A stretch of DNA of 64,000 nucleotides, taken from the NCBI GenBank assembly GCA_030704615.1, contig CM060734.1, forward strand, positions 63,240,001-63,304,000, given 5' to 3'. Origin of the DNA: Takakia lepidozioides. Lineage: Eukaryota > Plantae > Bryophyta. The position numbers were made by a program, and so were the translations under genes. Below, one piece after another: positions 1-12,770 of this stretch (positions within the stretch are counted from its first letter, which is position 1; the number at the start of each line of letters is the position of its first letter). The notes below the pieces were generated by a model. It ran no database searches. It was not told the DNA's origin and saw nothing but the letters and a program-made list of their open reading frames with translations.

Positions 1-424
1 AGTCTCCGTTTCTTGCAGCAATCCGTGGCTCGGTGCTGCTCCCCCCTCAATCACATTCCCATTTCTAGCACGCTCCTCCGATTCTTGACAGTAGCGGAGC
101 TCTGCAGGCTCCGCGCTAGGGTCAGCAGCGCTGCGGCCCGCGGCCATGCCTCCCTCGCACCTCCCACTGCCGAGCTCTCTCTCCCCGCTCCGCACCCTCC
201 TTCTACCCCTAGCTCAACGAATGGTGACGGATAAAGTTCCCAACCCGCATACATCCATCCATGAGCTCCAAGGCAGAGGCGGATTGGGTGGGGGTCTATC
301 TACAAGGCACGTTAACTTATCATCGTCTTCTCCAAACTGCGCTTCTCTCTTGTCTCCTCTTTCCTTGCCTTTCCTTTTCTTTTCTCGTCTTCTTCGCTTC
401 GCTTCCTGGCTGTAGCCGTGTACG

Positions 425-1222
425 ATGGCGTTTGTAGCAGGTTACTCGCAGGCTTTGAAAACTGGTTTGGCGGTAGACGCCATCTCCAACAGAGAGGCAT
501 CGTCAGCAAAGGCTTCGTCGAGCCTAGCTCCAGTAAATGCAGTTCACTTGACGGAGGGCTTACTTGGGAGAGCCAGCTTCATCACCTCAACAGGAAGTCG
601 TCTTTCTCGCTCTCCTTTTGTAGAGTCGTCACTGACGGGAACCTCCGTCTGTTTTTCTAAACCTGCCAGGCACAGTCTAAAATCTTCCTGTGCGATTGCC
701 AAGGCTTCTGCCGTGGGAGAAGACCCGGACTGGAATGACGATGACTATATTGTGTTAGGCTTGGCTCACTGCTTTCAAAAAGATGACGATGGAAAGCTCA
801 AGGACGCATTGATTGTGGAGCCCGTTACTGCTGGGACCCTTGAGTGTATGGAGAATGGAGGGGTAACATGCTATAAGCACGCAATCGCCTCCACTTTAGG
901 TGTGGCCCTGCAGCAGGATATCTCGTTGCTGCCTGAGGAGTACTCAATGGGTACGTTTTGTGTCGAGTTCGATTTTCGGGCCAAGTGCGCTTCCCGGACT
1001 TGGAAGAGGGACCACCCCCGTGAACACCTCATGAATCTGGTGCCCAAGAGTAGGGTGCGATCGGATTTCAACTTCTCCCTTGAAGACAAGCGTGTTTTGA
1101 ATGTCGAGGTGGTTGTGAATGACTCGGATAACATCAAGCAGGATATGAGCATTGATGTCTATGGGAGACAGAAAGAGGACGAACTGCAGAAAGAAATCTC
1201 AACTTTGTATGGTAGTGTGTGA
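425..1222 (+). CDS. Intronless, probably plastid-targeted protein resembling a conserved cyanobacterial hypothetical protein
   Basis: 265-aa ATG ORF. The first ~95 aa are Ser/Ala-rich like a transit peptide (ending ...CAIAKAS), followed by a globular domain (DDYIVLGLAHCF...IVEP...RTWKR...FNFSLEDKRVLN...DNIKQ). The resemblance to a cyanobacterial family is recalled from memory, not from a search. Confidence 0.75.
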   Translation: MAFVAGYSQALKTGLAVDAISNREASSAKASSSLAPVNAVHLTEGLLGRASFITSTGSRLSRSPFVESSLTGTSVCFSKPARHSLKSSCAIAKASAVGEDPDWNDDDYIVLGLAHCFQKDDDGKLKDALIVEPVTAGTLECMENGGVTCYKHAIASTLGVALQQDISLLPEEYSMGTFCVEFDFRAKCASRTWKRDHPREHLMNLVPKSRVRSDFNFSLEDKRVLNVEVVVNDSDNIKQDMSIDVYGRQKEDELQKEISTLYGSV

Positions 1223-2099
1223 AAGTTTTCTCTTTCACTATGCAGTGCTGGAGCTTTAGATTTTGATGAGTTTAAGAGATGGCATTTGTTTGTCTACTCA
1301 TTCGGTGCTGATGCCCATTATTAGATCGGAAAGAATCTTAAATTGCTAAGGCAGAGTGATTGTCAGATGACTGACGGGAAGGCAGCGTCTGGTGTCAAAA
1401 TGATGTACTGGAATGCCACTACAGAGATAGCCGTTCATCTATCCATGAATCCTCTGATGTCTCTCCTCTCCCTCCCATGCACTCTACTCTCTTGGTTGTC
1501 TAGAGCCCTTTCTGGCCTTTTTCCACTTTCCACGGAACGCTTCTAAAACCAAGCGATTGTTACTGTTGTTCTCAGCTTAAGTGCCTGGGTGCAGCATCGG
1601 TGTCAATCTGGGTTTGCACACAAACATTGTTTCTTGGCGTTGTTGGGGAAGGCTGCTTGCCCAGAAAACTATCATACTTCTCAGCCGAGGCCCCAGGGTT
1701 GGGGATTTTCGAAATCAGGAAACTTGTGCATACCTCTCAATATCTTAGTGACCGAGCATAAAGGGCGTGGAGCAAGAGCAAGAAGTTCCTATCATGCATT
1801 CCTTGGTGTCAAACGGATTCCCAAGGAGCAACCCTGCATTCTTTTTGTGCCTTCTTTGGTGAGAACAGGCGACAGCGGCCTTGGAAAACTTCTGGTGGGA
1901 TTGTAGCCTTGCTTGCATACGTGGAATATTCTGAAAAACGACTTGAAGATTTCGGAAAATGTCTTGGCTGCGGACTGGTATATTAAAAATTCAATACTAG
2001 TACAACACTGGTATGTACGTATGTACCTCTTGGTACTTATGTAGTTACTTTAAAAATAAAATAAAAAATAAATTAAGGGGGAGCAGGGGCCCTTTTAAT

Positions 2100-3700
2100 C
2101 AAATTAAAAGAAACAAAGGTTTACATTAAGGTGGAAAAAATAACCACCAGGGAGGCCGTAGAGGCTCACTGAGGGGGAACTTCCCCGTGACCAAGCATAC
2201 TAGCTAAGAACAAATGAAGCGGAGTAGTGCATGAGGAGAGATTAAGCAAGTGAGCCTAAAGAGCAAGGCTGATAAGCAGCCAAGGAGAAAGATAACACTG
2301 AGTAGAGCTGCCTGGTGGCAAAAGTAGTACCCAAGTCTAGAGCAGGGGAAAAGTTTGAGAAAAGATTCTTTGAGCTACGTGCTAAAAACGCAGCTGAGTC
2401 CTAGACTTGGCAACTCGAGGCTTCTTGTGCCTCCAGTTGAAGTCCACATCGTCCCCATCACCAGGGGATATCCCATGAATTGGGAGTGGAGACTTTCCAG
2501 CAATACCGCATGTTGGGAAGACTGGTTCCAAGAATGTCATTTTTACCCCAGGACTGTTGAAAGCTAATGATGCCACGTTGTTCTGAAGATCTGGAAACAG
2601 CTGCACACAACATATCCCAAGCCTTCCTTCCGACAGTAAGCAGGTCTTGATAAATGCAAAAAAGCACAGACCTGCCCCTGGGGGGTCTCCCTTCAAAAAC
2701 AAGAGCACATCTAACCTTCCAGAGGTTCCATAAGGTTAAAGCTCTTAGACTTGCCCACACAGGGCAAACAGATGGCTCGTGAGCAGGCCAGAAATTCAAG
2801 AGCAGAAGAGAGGAGGGGGCTGGGGATGGAAAAGACTCCCTTACTCTAATTAACTCCTCGGGCCACTTTAGACAAACACAAACACCATGAAACCAGCGGT
2901 CAACGTCCTTTTAGCAGCTCTTTCCAGCTACCGAGACTGCCACATGTACCTTTGAGCTTTCCATTGAAAGCCCATCTCTAAAGTATCCGCAGGCCGAATG
3001 AGCAAAAGCGTTCCAATGAAGGACCACTACCATATATAGACTTCATCCCAAAGATCACCATTTCTGGCTGCTGCCTGGAACCCCACTGCAGTAAAACTGG
3101 TAACTTGGTTGACTGCTATGGATCTTGATCTTTTGTGGACATCAACTCTCTGGAAGCAGAATCCAAGTAACAGCAATTGCAGCTCAATGCTCTGGGGCTC
3201 GGGAGCAGATGATGATGGCGAGAAGTGAGAAAGTGGCAATGTACTTTTACAAGGGGGTGCCTTTGAACTTGCAGTATGCTCGGGTATATTGACGTACTAG
3301 TGTGGGGTTGTGAGACTCGAGACATCGATTGCTTTGTAATGGTGTGAAGTGATGATGAGCTGTTCACACGTTTCATAATCACCGAATAATGGTGGCAGAG
3401 GAAGCTGGAGGAATGTGGGGAGTGCCAAACTTGCCTGATTCAGGACAGCTATAAGCACAATCATGGCGGGGAAGAAAGCCGCCAAGGCCAATGGGAAGAA
3501 TAAGCGCAGCTGTGGTCCCTTCTCGTTTTGTAGCACTCGGTATTCTCTGATTGCATGGGGTTCATAAAACCACCATCTTGTTATGAAAATAACATATATA
3601 TATCAGCTCTAGAGGCAGGAAAATGGGCAGCTGCACGCTACCAGCAGAGGCAACTTGATCAAGCTGTAGCCCAAACATCAGACCTGATTACAGACAGGTA
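2100..3700 (-). mobile_element. Degenerate L1-type LINE, ORF2 3' end (zf-RVT region)
   Basis: Minus-strand fragments WDEVYIW..VLH...ES.KVH (decayed zf-RVT) and W...LWNLWKVRCALVFEG, typical of plant L1 ORF2 C-termini. Many stops; boundaries approximate. Confidence 0.45.
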
Positions 3701-6561
3701 AATTTGGGCGTTATGAACTCTGTCAGATGAATCTCTACTAGAAACAACGAGGTGTGTAGAGAGCAAACGCAGGTGAAGGATCACAGATAGGTATGAAAGA
3801 GGGAAGACGAAGGCCCCAATTAGTTTCCAGCCCTTCGTGATGGCAGTTATGCAGAGTAGGGTCTGCTCCGGCACACCTTGGGGCATGGTATTCCTTTACA
3901 AAACTGCTTGATCTTGTCAAGTTGTGAAGAGAGAGAGAGAGAGACCACAGCATTCCACAGCGCGGCGGGATCGAAGAGAGGGCCTCGGATGGAGAAATCA
4001 GCAAGGCAGGACTTCTGAGTGAAAGCAGGCATACGAGGAAATTGTGCCCTTCCTGCTGCCCATGGAAAACACGCTTGGAAACGAGTTATATTTGAAATGA
4101 GCTCGGACACATGCAGTACAAGTACGCAATGTTCATAGCGAGGGTGGCTCATGGCAGATGATGGCAGGGGAGAGGTAAGGGCCGGCAACTGTGCAGTGCA
4201 GGGAGATGATAACAAAAACAACCCACGAAAGAAGAGTTCTGATCGGAGACAGAGAGGGGAGACAGAGCGAATTGCAATAACTAGGAACACTACATGGGGC
4301 TCACACATTCGTATACCTGATCCTTTTAGTCGGTGTTCATGACGAGAAGCAAACATCCCAAAGCAACTTGAGCGTGTACCAGACATGCAGGCCTCCCAGA
4401 ACGAATAGAAAGTATGAACCCCTGCAAAAAATTGAGGAGGAATGGCTCCCACTTTAGGGTTTGGCGATGTAATAGTGGATGAGGTTCGATGCCCTGTCAG
4501 GTCCCCACCATCTTATCTGTTGAAGATGTACCTACTCAAGGGCAGGCTGCAAAAACAGCCACACACATCACTGCAGTGACTGTACATGAAGGCTTTCAGA
4601 CAAAACTTTCTCTTGGAACTAGTGCTGCTGGGGACAGTAGTCAAACGTCCCGTTGCGCACATACTGGCCTCTAAATGTCCAATCTTCCGAGCTCACCAAG
4701 GCATTCCACAGTAGCTGTAAGAGGTCACCGAATGGCTGCACGGGGCTGGTGATCTCACGTTCATGAAACAGCCCACCCATCAAGCCAGTCGACAGGTACT
4801 CATAACCGCCCTCTCTTCACCTATCGGAATGCTCCAGAGGATTTGTCTCACCTTCTGTTTACTGTTAATCTGAATCTTCCTTCACAGAGATTTTTCAGAT
4901 TTTCTGCATCTTGCAGAGCTGGCCGGATAGATCTGTCCAGGGGCAGCATCTGAAGTCCACAACACCCAACACACCGCTACGAAGAGTCAGTGTGCCCCAA
5001 GTGCGATAGCAACCGACCTACAGTCCGATCAGTCATGTCCACGAACTCTGCCTTTAAAGATCCTTATTACAGTGTCTACAATCTACAGCCGACCGATCAC
5101 CAATGCCAACAATTTTATGTCATTCTAGACTCCTCAAAACTCTGTCGCAGGAGTTTTACGTGAGTTCTAGTTTGCAGGAAAACTAGTGGAAATTTTGTCA
5201 ATCCATTCCAGCTGCAGCAAGCAGACAATACTCCCTTCCACCCTGCGGCCAAATACTAAGCTGGACATGCCCAACATTCACTCTATAGATGACGACTTCA
5301 CACAGGTCTAAAACTGAGATATAGACACAGCTGGGAAAACCAAATCTTGATGAAGCATCAGCTGCCGCTGAACTCAGAGGAACCTGGCACCAAGTCTTGA
5401 GCTCATCCCTACATCTGTGCATATTGTTGCTCCTATTCCCCTCGCCATGTCGACTGCTATAGCGAGGTAGCCTCGTGGAACTTTAGAGGGCAGCATCGCA
5501 GCAGCCCCCATTGCTTGCACTGTCTTCTGTCTCTTGGTCGGTAATGGCAATGAGCACACCCACGAGTCAGAGAGACGACTGTTTACAACTGTCTGGCACG
5601 CCTGCCTTTTCTGTCTGACAATAATTAAATAAATATTAATCATATTTCGGTCCTCGTGTGATTGGAGTACAACTGTGAATTGTTCTGTTCATCAAAAAAC
5701 AAACTAAAAACATTTGTTCTTTTTCCCGCTTTTTATCATCATCATTATTATTCCATTATTTAGGAAAAAAAAATTATTATTATTTTAACAACAAGGGACC
5801 CTGAAATTGAAGCTATTTATTGAAGAATTAAACCCCCATCTGTTAGAAAAAAATAAAAAAATAAAAAAAACCCCCAAAGACGTCACTACACACCACCACG
5901 GTTCGGAGGGCGAATCCGCGAGGACCAAACAAGAAAATTCGCTCTCGGAGATGACGGAGATGCCCATTTTTAAGATAATACTGAACAACTTTCGATTATT
6001 TTTCACTTCGGTTGTGTATTAAGGTCGGGGTCTTTTCCCCTAGAAAAATAAATTGTGAGAGAGTCATTGTTCAATCTACTGTGCTAGAGGCCCATTTTTT
6101 ATCTTCTTATTTTTTGAGAGGGAAACACGGGAGCTTCCTTGGGCATATCTATATATATGATGCCAAGAGGGGCAGTAGCCGCAAGGTGAAGTGACTCTTA
6201 ACTACGCCGGCTTTGGCCGGAGTCTTCTTCGTCTTCTATATGACGTCAAACCAAAGTTAACACTGTGGGTATTTCTGCCTGTCGGGGTACTCCTCACGAC
6301 GGGGCCATTTAAAGACAAAAATCTTAAACTTCATTCCGCGTCGTAGTGGGGTCATCGACGAACACACAGAGCGACCAGACTTGGACGGAGTGACACGATA
6401 GACATGTTGTGGGTCAATTATAGAGGGACCAAAAAAATGGAATAGTAAATACAAATAAAAAGACGGACAATTTTATTTTCTCATTTGTTTATTTTCAAAA
6501 GACGGACATTGGTGTTGTTAATTCCGCTGGGAGACGGCCAACATAGTCGGGCACCAGAATC

Positions 6562-6982
6562 TTAGTTTGGGCCTATGGATGGATGTAGTGGATGATACGG
6601 ATGAATGCTGTTGCATGCGAAATCGGAATCAGTGTTTTTATCTCTGGCGAAATTTCGCACCTTTTCGACCTCCAAAACAATTCGAATATTCTGTCGTAAA
6701 TTCCCTATTTTCTCATGGATGAAATCGCCAAAATTCTCCAAAAACAATATAAATCCTGGATGAATTCGCCCAATATGGATGATACACATGGATGAAAGTA
6801 CAGAGGAGGATGATTCTGTCCAAATTTCAGTGGATGAACAGAAAATATGGCTAACTCTTGGAAAACTCAGTAGCCACTCCTGTGATTTTCCAAATTTCAA
6901 AAAATAAACACTTGAAGTTAGTGGGCGTATGGATGGATGTAGTGGATGATTCAGATGAATGCTGTTGCATGCGAAATCGGAA
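6562..6982 (+). repeat. Two ~65-bp direct repeats (6562-6628 and 6918-6982)
   Basis: TATGGATGGATGTAGTGGATGAT..GATGAATGCTGTTGCATGCGAAATCGGAA occurs twice. Confidence 0.85.
6630..6913. mobile_element. Putative MITE-like insertion
   Basis: ~285-bp AT-rich segment with imperfect terminal inverted repeats (CAGTGTTTTTA...GAAATTT / AAATTTCAAAAAATAAACACTTG), lying between two ~65-bp direct repeats. Confidence 0.35.
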
Positions 6983-7195
6983 AGCATGCAGCTACCTAAT
7001 ATAGTGGAAAGACAGGTAGGAAAATAGGTAATACGGTAGGCATGTAGGTAGGGTGGCAGGTAGGTTGGGAGGGTAGGAAGGGGAGGAGAAAGGGAGCGCT
7101 TTCTCTCTCTCTCTCGTTCTCTTTCTCTTTCAGAGAAACTGCAGTAGCGGTCAGGCCATCGCTGCGGGGTCTTAAGCTTATTAGAGCATGCAAAG

Positions 7196-10100
7196 ATGCG
7201 GATCAGGAAGCAGCAGCGAGTGGAGACAGCCTCGGGTGCCGTGTGTACAGTTACAGCACTAGCAGAAGTTAAGGATGTCAGATCTATGATGCAAGGTGAG
7301 GTCAATGTGGCCCGAGCTTGTACTCCATCGCGGCCGTGCTTTAGTTGGTTAGATAAGCTCAGATATAGCAAGGGATTTCAGCCTGCAGAGCCTCATGTTG
7401 GAATAGAAGATTTTGTGTGGTCTCTTGGAAGCCGGGGGTCCATGTCCTCCCATAGAGACTCGCAGTCGGGATCCCCTGCAGTTTCCTGCAGCTTCTCGCT
7501 CGACAAATGTGAGGGATTTTCAGATGCAGTAGTCGGAAATTCTGAGCAGGAGGGGGTAACGGCACCAGAGTGTGCAGGTAGTGGGATTGCAGACGGGGAG
7601 AGAAAGAGAAAGCCTTTAATTCGGGATCATGAATGTAATGTGACGGGTACTCTTCCTTCAGGGTTACCGAGTCGCTTCCATGCTGTTAAGCTAGAGAAGG
7701 ATAGTTCTTGTGCCTCTGAATTGACCATGTCTGCTTCGCATGGAAGCCTGAGTCGGCACTTGCATGGCTCGCCGCAGTGTGCTGTAAGAGTGTCGTTGAA
7801 TGGAAGTTCACTGACTAAGGTAAATCCAACAGGAGAAACCTCAGGGGAAACATCAGATCCTCGATTACAAAGTGATGCAAGCTTTCCAAAACCTGACAGT
7901 GTGAAGACTGCAGTTCGTGGGAGGGAAGAGGAAGAGGCGAGGGACATTGAAGCACTCAAGGCCCGACCCTTGGGGAAAGTCTTTGCAGATCCTTTCGGTA
8001 TGGAAAAGTTTGACGCGCGCGAGGAAGGTCTTGGGATTGTGACTGTCGGCTTCTCTGTGAAGAAGAACAAGAGAAAGCAAGAGAAACCGCGGCTCTGTCG
8101 CAAGGCCTCCGATTTGACGGAAAAAGACACCAACAGTTCATTGTTGCAGGGAATTTCGGAGAGAGATATGAGTAGTTCTGATGATTTGCAGAGGGAGACG
8201 GTTGGCAAGGACTTGGACGGCCAGGTTTTGTGGAAACAAGGTAACGTACCTGTGTTCCGGCACAGCAGAAATGGCAACCTATTAACCCTGCGATTTTATG
8301 TCACTTTCATACACAAGCATTGCTGGATGCATGGAAGGTTTGCAGGCCATATCTATAAAGGCTGTTCCGCTCAAAGACAAATACTTGCTTTCGCAGGTTC
8401 AAGTACTTTAAAGCGGACTGGGAGTGTAATCTCTTCTAGGAAGAAGGGGTTCAGAACGCCACACTTTGGTGAGGAAAGAGAGGATGATTTTACACGTGAT
8501 GTGATGCCTCCCAAGGCTAAAGCAAGAAAGAAAGCACATGCTAACCGGGATGCAACTTCAGCTCCAGTAAGTTCTCCTTTTTCTCTGCAGGAATCTTCGC
8601 CCATTTATGACCTTGATCTTGAGGTGCTGCCGGTGTGGGTTCTCTGTGTATGTCAAGTTCATTGGAATAGTAACTTTACCTCGACCACTACTGTAGTCCT
8701 CGTTAGTTGCGACGATATTCCCGCGATTCTTACGCACCTTATGCTGCATATCATGCTAGCGAGCATGGCGTTTCAAATGCGGTTCTGGATTGCATCTGCA
8801 GTTTGGAACGTAGTGTACGGAATGTGAGTGGCAGCATTTTGCTTCTCTGTGGCTTTCGTGCATTCTTCAACGACGCACAGCTCTACTGAACATAATAGCT
8901 AGTCTGTTCCGATGCTCTCAATGAAAAGCATTAATACTTTTCAATCAGCTTAATAGCAAGGGCCTGTTACTTTTGTAAAGAGGTCTGTCCAACTTGAACA
9001 GTTGGTCAGTATCCCTGAAGTCTTCAAATTTTTAACTTCACTCTGGCCTATTGCACGCATTGAAATAGACTATTCTCTTAGCTCCTGCCACCACTATCTC
9101 GGGGAGTCACTCCTTGTTAAGTGAACAATCTAACCACCAGTGATTGAACTTGGCATCAGCCCAACTGAAGACGACCTTTGTAGAGGGCAAAATGTTGCAG
9201 ACTTTATCATAAATAACTTCTGTTGCATTGCCCAAGCTCTGCATATTCTGAGAAGTCAGGTAACTGTAAACTGGAAGACTGCAATATGCTACCTTTACAG
9301 AGTTGTTTTCGGTGAAATTTCATAACAGAACATAACGGATCTGATGCGATAATACTGCAGTACTGACTCCGCCGTTTTTACCGAGACTTGAAACTTGCTG
9401 TAGACTTTGTGTTGTTGGTATTTTAACCCAAGGATATTCAAGTGTTAAGGGCTGCCAGTCATCAGGCTGTCACATTATTAACTGCACATGTTATAATCTC
9501 ACCTATGCTTCTGAGGACCAAGAGAAAGTTGCAGTCTGATGGAGGTGTTTTCATCGGAATTAAGTGGATTTTCTGATATTGTGTTTACAATTATTGACAC
9601 ATGCAACATGCACAGCAGGTGGAAAGAGAAACTGACTAGCATTTATGATCATATATTATCCCTCTACTGTCAGGCAGATGGGCCAGTCAGGAAAAGGCCA
9701 AAGGTGGTGCAGCCAGGGAGGCTGGGGAATTCTGTGCCACAAAATACTCAGCAAAGGTGGGTTACATCTCATGTCCGTAGCTTGACTTATGTAGCTCACA
9801 GACCCTTTGAAAATAGATACAAATAATTGGGGTCACATGACGAATTGCATGTTGTATATTTCGTTCATTTGTGAAAAGCAAGCTCGACATTTATCAATCT
9901 GGACAACAACCCAATTGATCACTCTTGTCACATGAAGAGTTCAATGTGATTTGAAACGTTCAATATTAATTTCACTGAGATGTATCCATGCGGTGTATAT
10001 AAGTTCATATGTATGTAAGTGCAGTAGGAATTGATCATGCATGATCTGATCATTGTGGTTCCGACAATGTGTTGTTGGGGCTGGCAGGTCTAGGAGGAAA

Positions 10101-11534
10101 AGGAGAGTCAGTCCTGCATCAATTGGTAAGTGTTTCTGTCTATAACTTTACACTGTGTGTATGCATGCAGGAAACTAACAGTCTGGGACATTGCATTATT
10201 TTATATGGCTTCAAGTTGCAGTTAACATGCCCTATGGATCCAGCATCACCCTAGCAAAACTAAACTCACAGACACTCCCTCTCTCACACACACAAAATGA
10301 AATGAAGTAAAAACTGTAGGTATCAATAGTTTCTCTCCCCTGACCTGTGTGTGCTCGCATAGTCCTTCGGTCTACCACTTCTCTGGCTGTCCTCCATCTT
10401 CCCTTAAATATGTCGAGTTTGTATATTACAGGAGCGGGCGACTTCAGAGGTGTCCCTGAACTATCATCAAGGTCCTCACCACCTAAAGCACCTACATGTA
10501 CAGCTCTGGCCCCGGACCATCCAGCCAACCAGCCAAAAGAGAGCCTCTTGTACTCAAACTATCAAGTCTTTTTGCAAGCTGGAAAGTCTGGTCTCACTGC
10601 TCGGGAGGCAGTCTCGAGGATTTTGGAACAAGGCCTTCCAGGTCTACATGAGGGTGGCGTTGTCCCTCGTGTGCAAGTCGGCAAGCTGTTGCGCAACTCT
10701 CCCTACTTCATGGAACTTGAGGAGGGACGGTTTGCTTTATTTAGTGCGATAGTCGGCGGGGAGGAAACTGTCAGTCATGATGACTCTATGCAGGCCTCTC
10801 CGTCCAGGCCAGAGAAAACCCCCAAGCAGATTGAAGCTGAAGAACGGACTGAAGCTGCAAAGAAGGCAAGACAGAAGGGTACGTGGCAGTATTGGGCTGC
10901 ACTTGCTGCCATTAAGCGTGCTCGGACAGGAAAAGTGTGGCACAAGGAGCCAGGCGGAGGAGGGAAGTCTGGCCCCACTGTCAAAAGCCACATTGCATTG
11001 AATAGAATGAAAAGAAAACATCAAGAGTCAGCCAAGGAGGGTTTGGTTTCTAGTGAAGAACCGCTGGAGGGCTCCAAGGGACATGTAGGAGAACCATTAC
11101 AAAGTGGAAGTAGGAAAAGGTTGAAGCTGGTGAAGCAAGAGGGCATTTTGGGACTAGGTAATCGATGCAACAGGTCCGATGGTAAAGGCTGGCACTGTCC
11201 ACTGCTTGCAAAAGTCGGCTACCATTTGTGTGATCATCACTTAGATAGGTTGCGGTACAAAGGAAGTTGTAAGCTGAAGAGGCCAATCCCTATGATGGTG
11301 GAGGATGAACCTCCCGCTATAAGCCCAAGCTCTGTGTCAGCTGATCAGTTGAGAACCCTGGGAGACTCGTGGTTAGTGAGAAAGAAGGCAGTGGGACGGG
11401 CGCGCACTGGCCGTCCATCTCCTTACTTAGATAAATCTGTTGTAGGGAAGTCTGATTCCAGCATCCCACAACCTCCAGGATCTTTAGATAGCGTCTCCCC
11501 TTCCCAAGTTTCTTTGAAGGTTGAAATCCCATAG
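7196..11534 (+). CDS. 6-exon nuclear protein (~823 aa) with a HARE-HTH winged helix and a WRC zinc finger
   Basis: GT-AG model that stays in frame: 7196-8240, 8397-8566, 8591-8623 (or 8632), 9674-9756, 10088-10125, 10432-11534. The last exon has YQVFLQAGKSGLTAREAVSRILEQGL...P...F...GRFAL (HARE-HTH-like) and RCNRSDGKGWHC...YHLCDHH (WRC, C3H). Several basic NLS-like tracts. Confidence 0.75.
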
Positions 11535-12770
11535 CTGTAACCCATGCAGTATTGTACTGAAGCTTGTTTCCATTTCTAGGCAGTAGATTTCTCCAATGAC
11601 AGCAACAGCTCAAACACACATTTGACTCTGCTATGCAAGGTCGAACCTTGGGACTTGCTTTAGTGCCACCATGAATGTGCTCTGGAACGATGATAACAAA
11701 CAGGTGAACCCTGCGGCAGGACTGGGTCTCCAACTAGCAATTGCATAGTTTGCCAAATAAAGGACTCATGGCAAACTATTTCCATTTCTTATCAAGAGTC
11801 AGCAGGGGCTTTCAGAGACACACTGGGCCCAACGCTCCAGGAATCTGACCAGGTCAGTTGATTTGGTTGTTGCAGGATCTGCGTGGACACTGAGAGATTA
11901 AAGGGCTTGAAGCATTCCTCGCTATTGAGTAGTAGTGCCAGCAAAACAGAAAGTGGCAGAAGCACTGTAAATATTCTGGTTTGCCAATGGACATCCAGGG
12001 CGGGTTTTCTTGTGCCTGGGCTGTTGATCTTCTGGACAATGGTGAAGAATTGAAACAGGTGCCGAGGTTGGTAGTCACTCGCCCTAAAAATGTCCATTTT
12101 TCTTGTCCACCTGCCCACACCTCACTGGAAGGCATCTGATTCTATGTGCATCAACTTGGCCAGTCTTCAAGGTGACTTACAAGTTGCCAGTGTTATGGCT
12201 GCACACCTCATGTCCCGTCCAACAGTCCATCCCTCTTTCAGCAAAGCTGTCAAATGAAATTCTGGCAGAACCTTGGAGACTCTACAGATGCAGTTGAAAG
12301 CTCCGAGCACAAATTTTGGAGGGTGCAAGTCTCATTGACCAGATGCTGTCAGGCAGCCTCTAAATGGAGATTGTCCACACGCATCCCAAGTGTTAGCCAA
12401 GTCAAGCATCAGCCCATCTATTGCGTGGCAGCATAACAATGCTGCTGATAAAGCATGGTAGAGAGGCTTATGGCTGCTTTACCATTTCAAAGCTCTGCAA
12501 TATTCCATGGAGGTGATATTTAAAATATGTTGCCAGGCACATGCTTGTTTTTTCTTTCGGACTCCAGCAGGTGTCCATACCAGCAGCCACTCAAAAGTTA
12601 TATTTTAATGGTGGCCTGCCCGTGGTCTCTCATAAAAGTTGCTGACCTTCCAAGTTTTGACCTCCTGCAACACAAGGCTTTGGATGTAAAGACCTTGTTG
12701 GAGAGTTCCAAACTTGGCATGCATTACTTGGCCTTGGCCATCTGCCATGGGTGACTTCAGCATGCAACAC

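Noticed and set aside
5210-5510. SAUR-like motif (LPSKVPRGYLAIAV...RFL) on the minus strand
   Set aside because: Only the first motif resembles SAUR; stops follow and the L.HP.F..LL / EEEFG motifs are absent. At best a decayed relic.
6562-7371. 269-aa minus-strand ORF
   Set aside because: Crosses a microsatellite, direct repeats and the antisense of a real exon; no protein-like features.
7196-8827. 543-aa ORF as a standalone single-exon gene
   Set aside because: It reads through two in-frame introns and into a third; the spliced model joins it to the HARE-HTH/WRC exon.
11540-12770. Possible extra exons or a gene between the WRC gene and the LINE
   Set aside because: No frame without stops and no recognisable motif.
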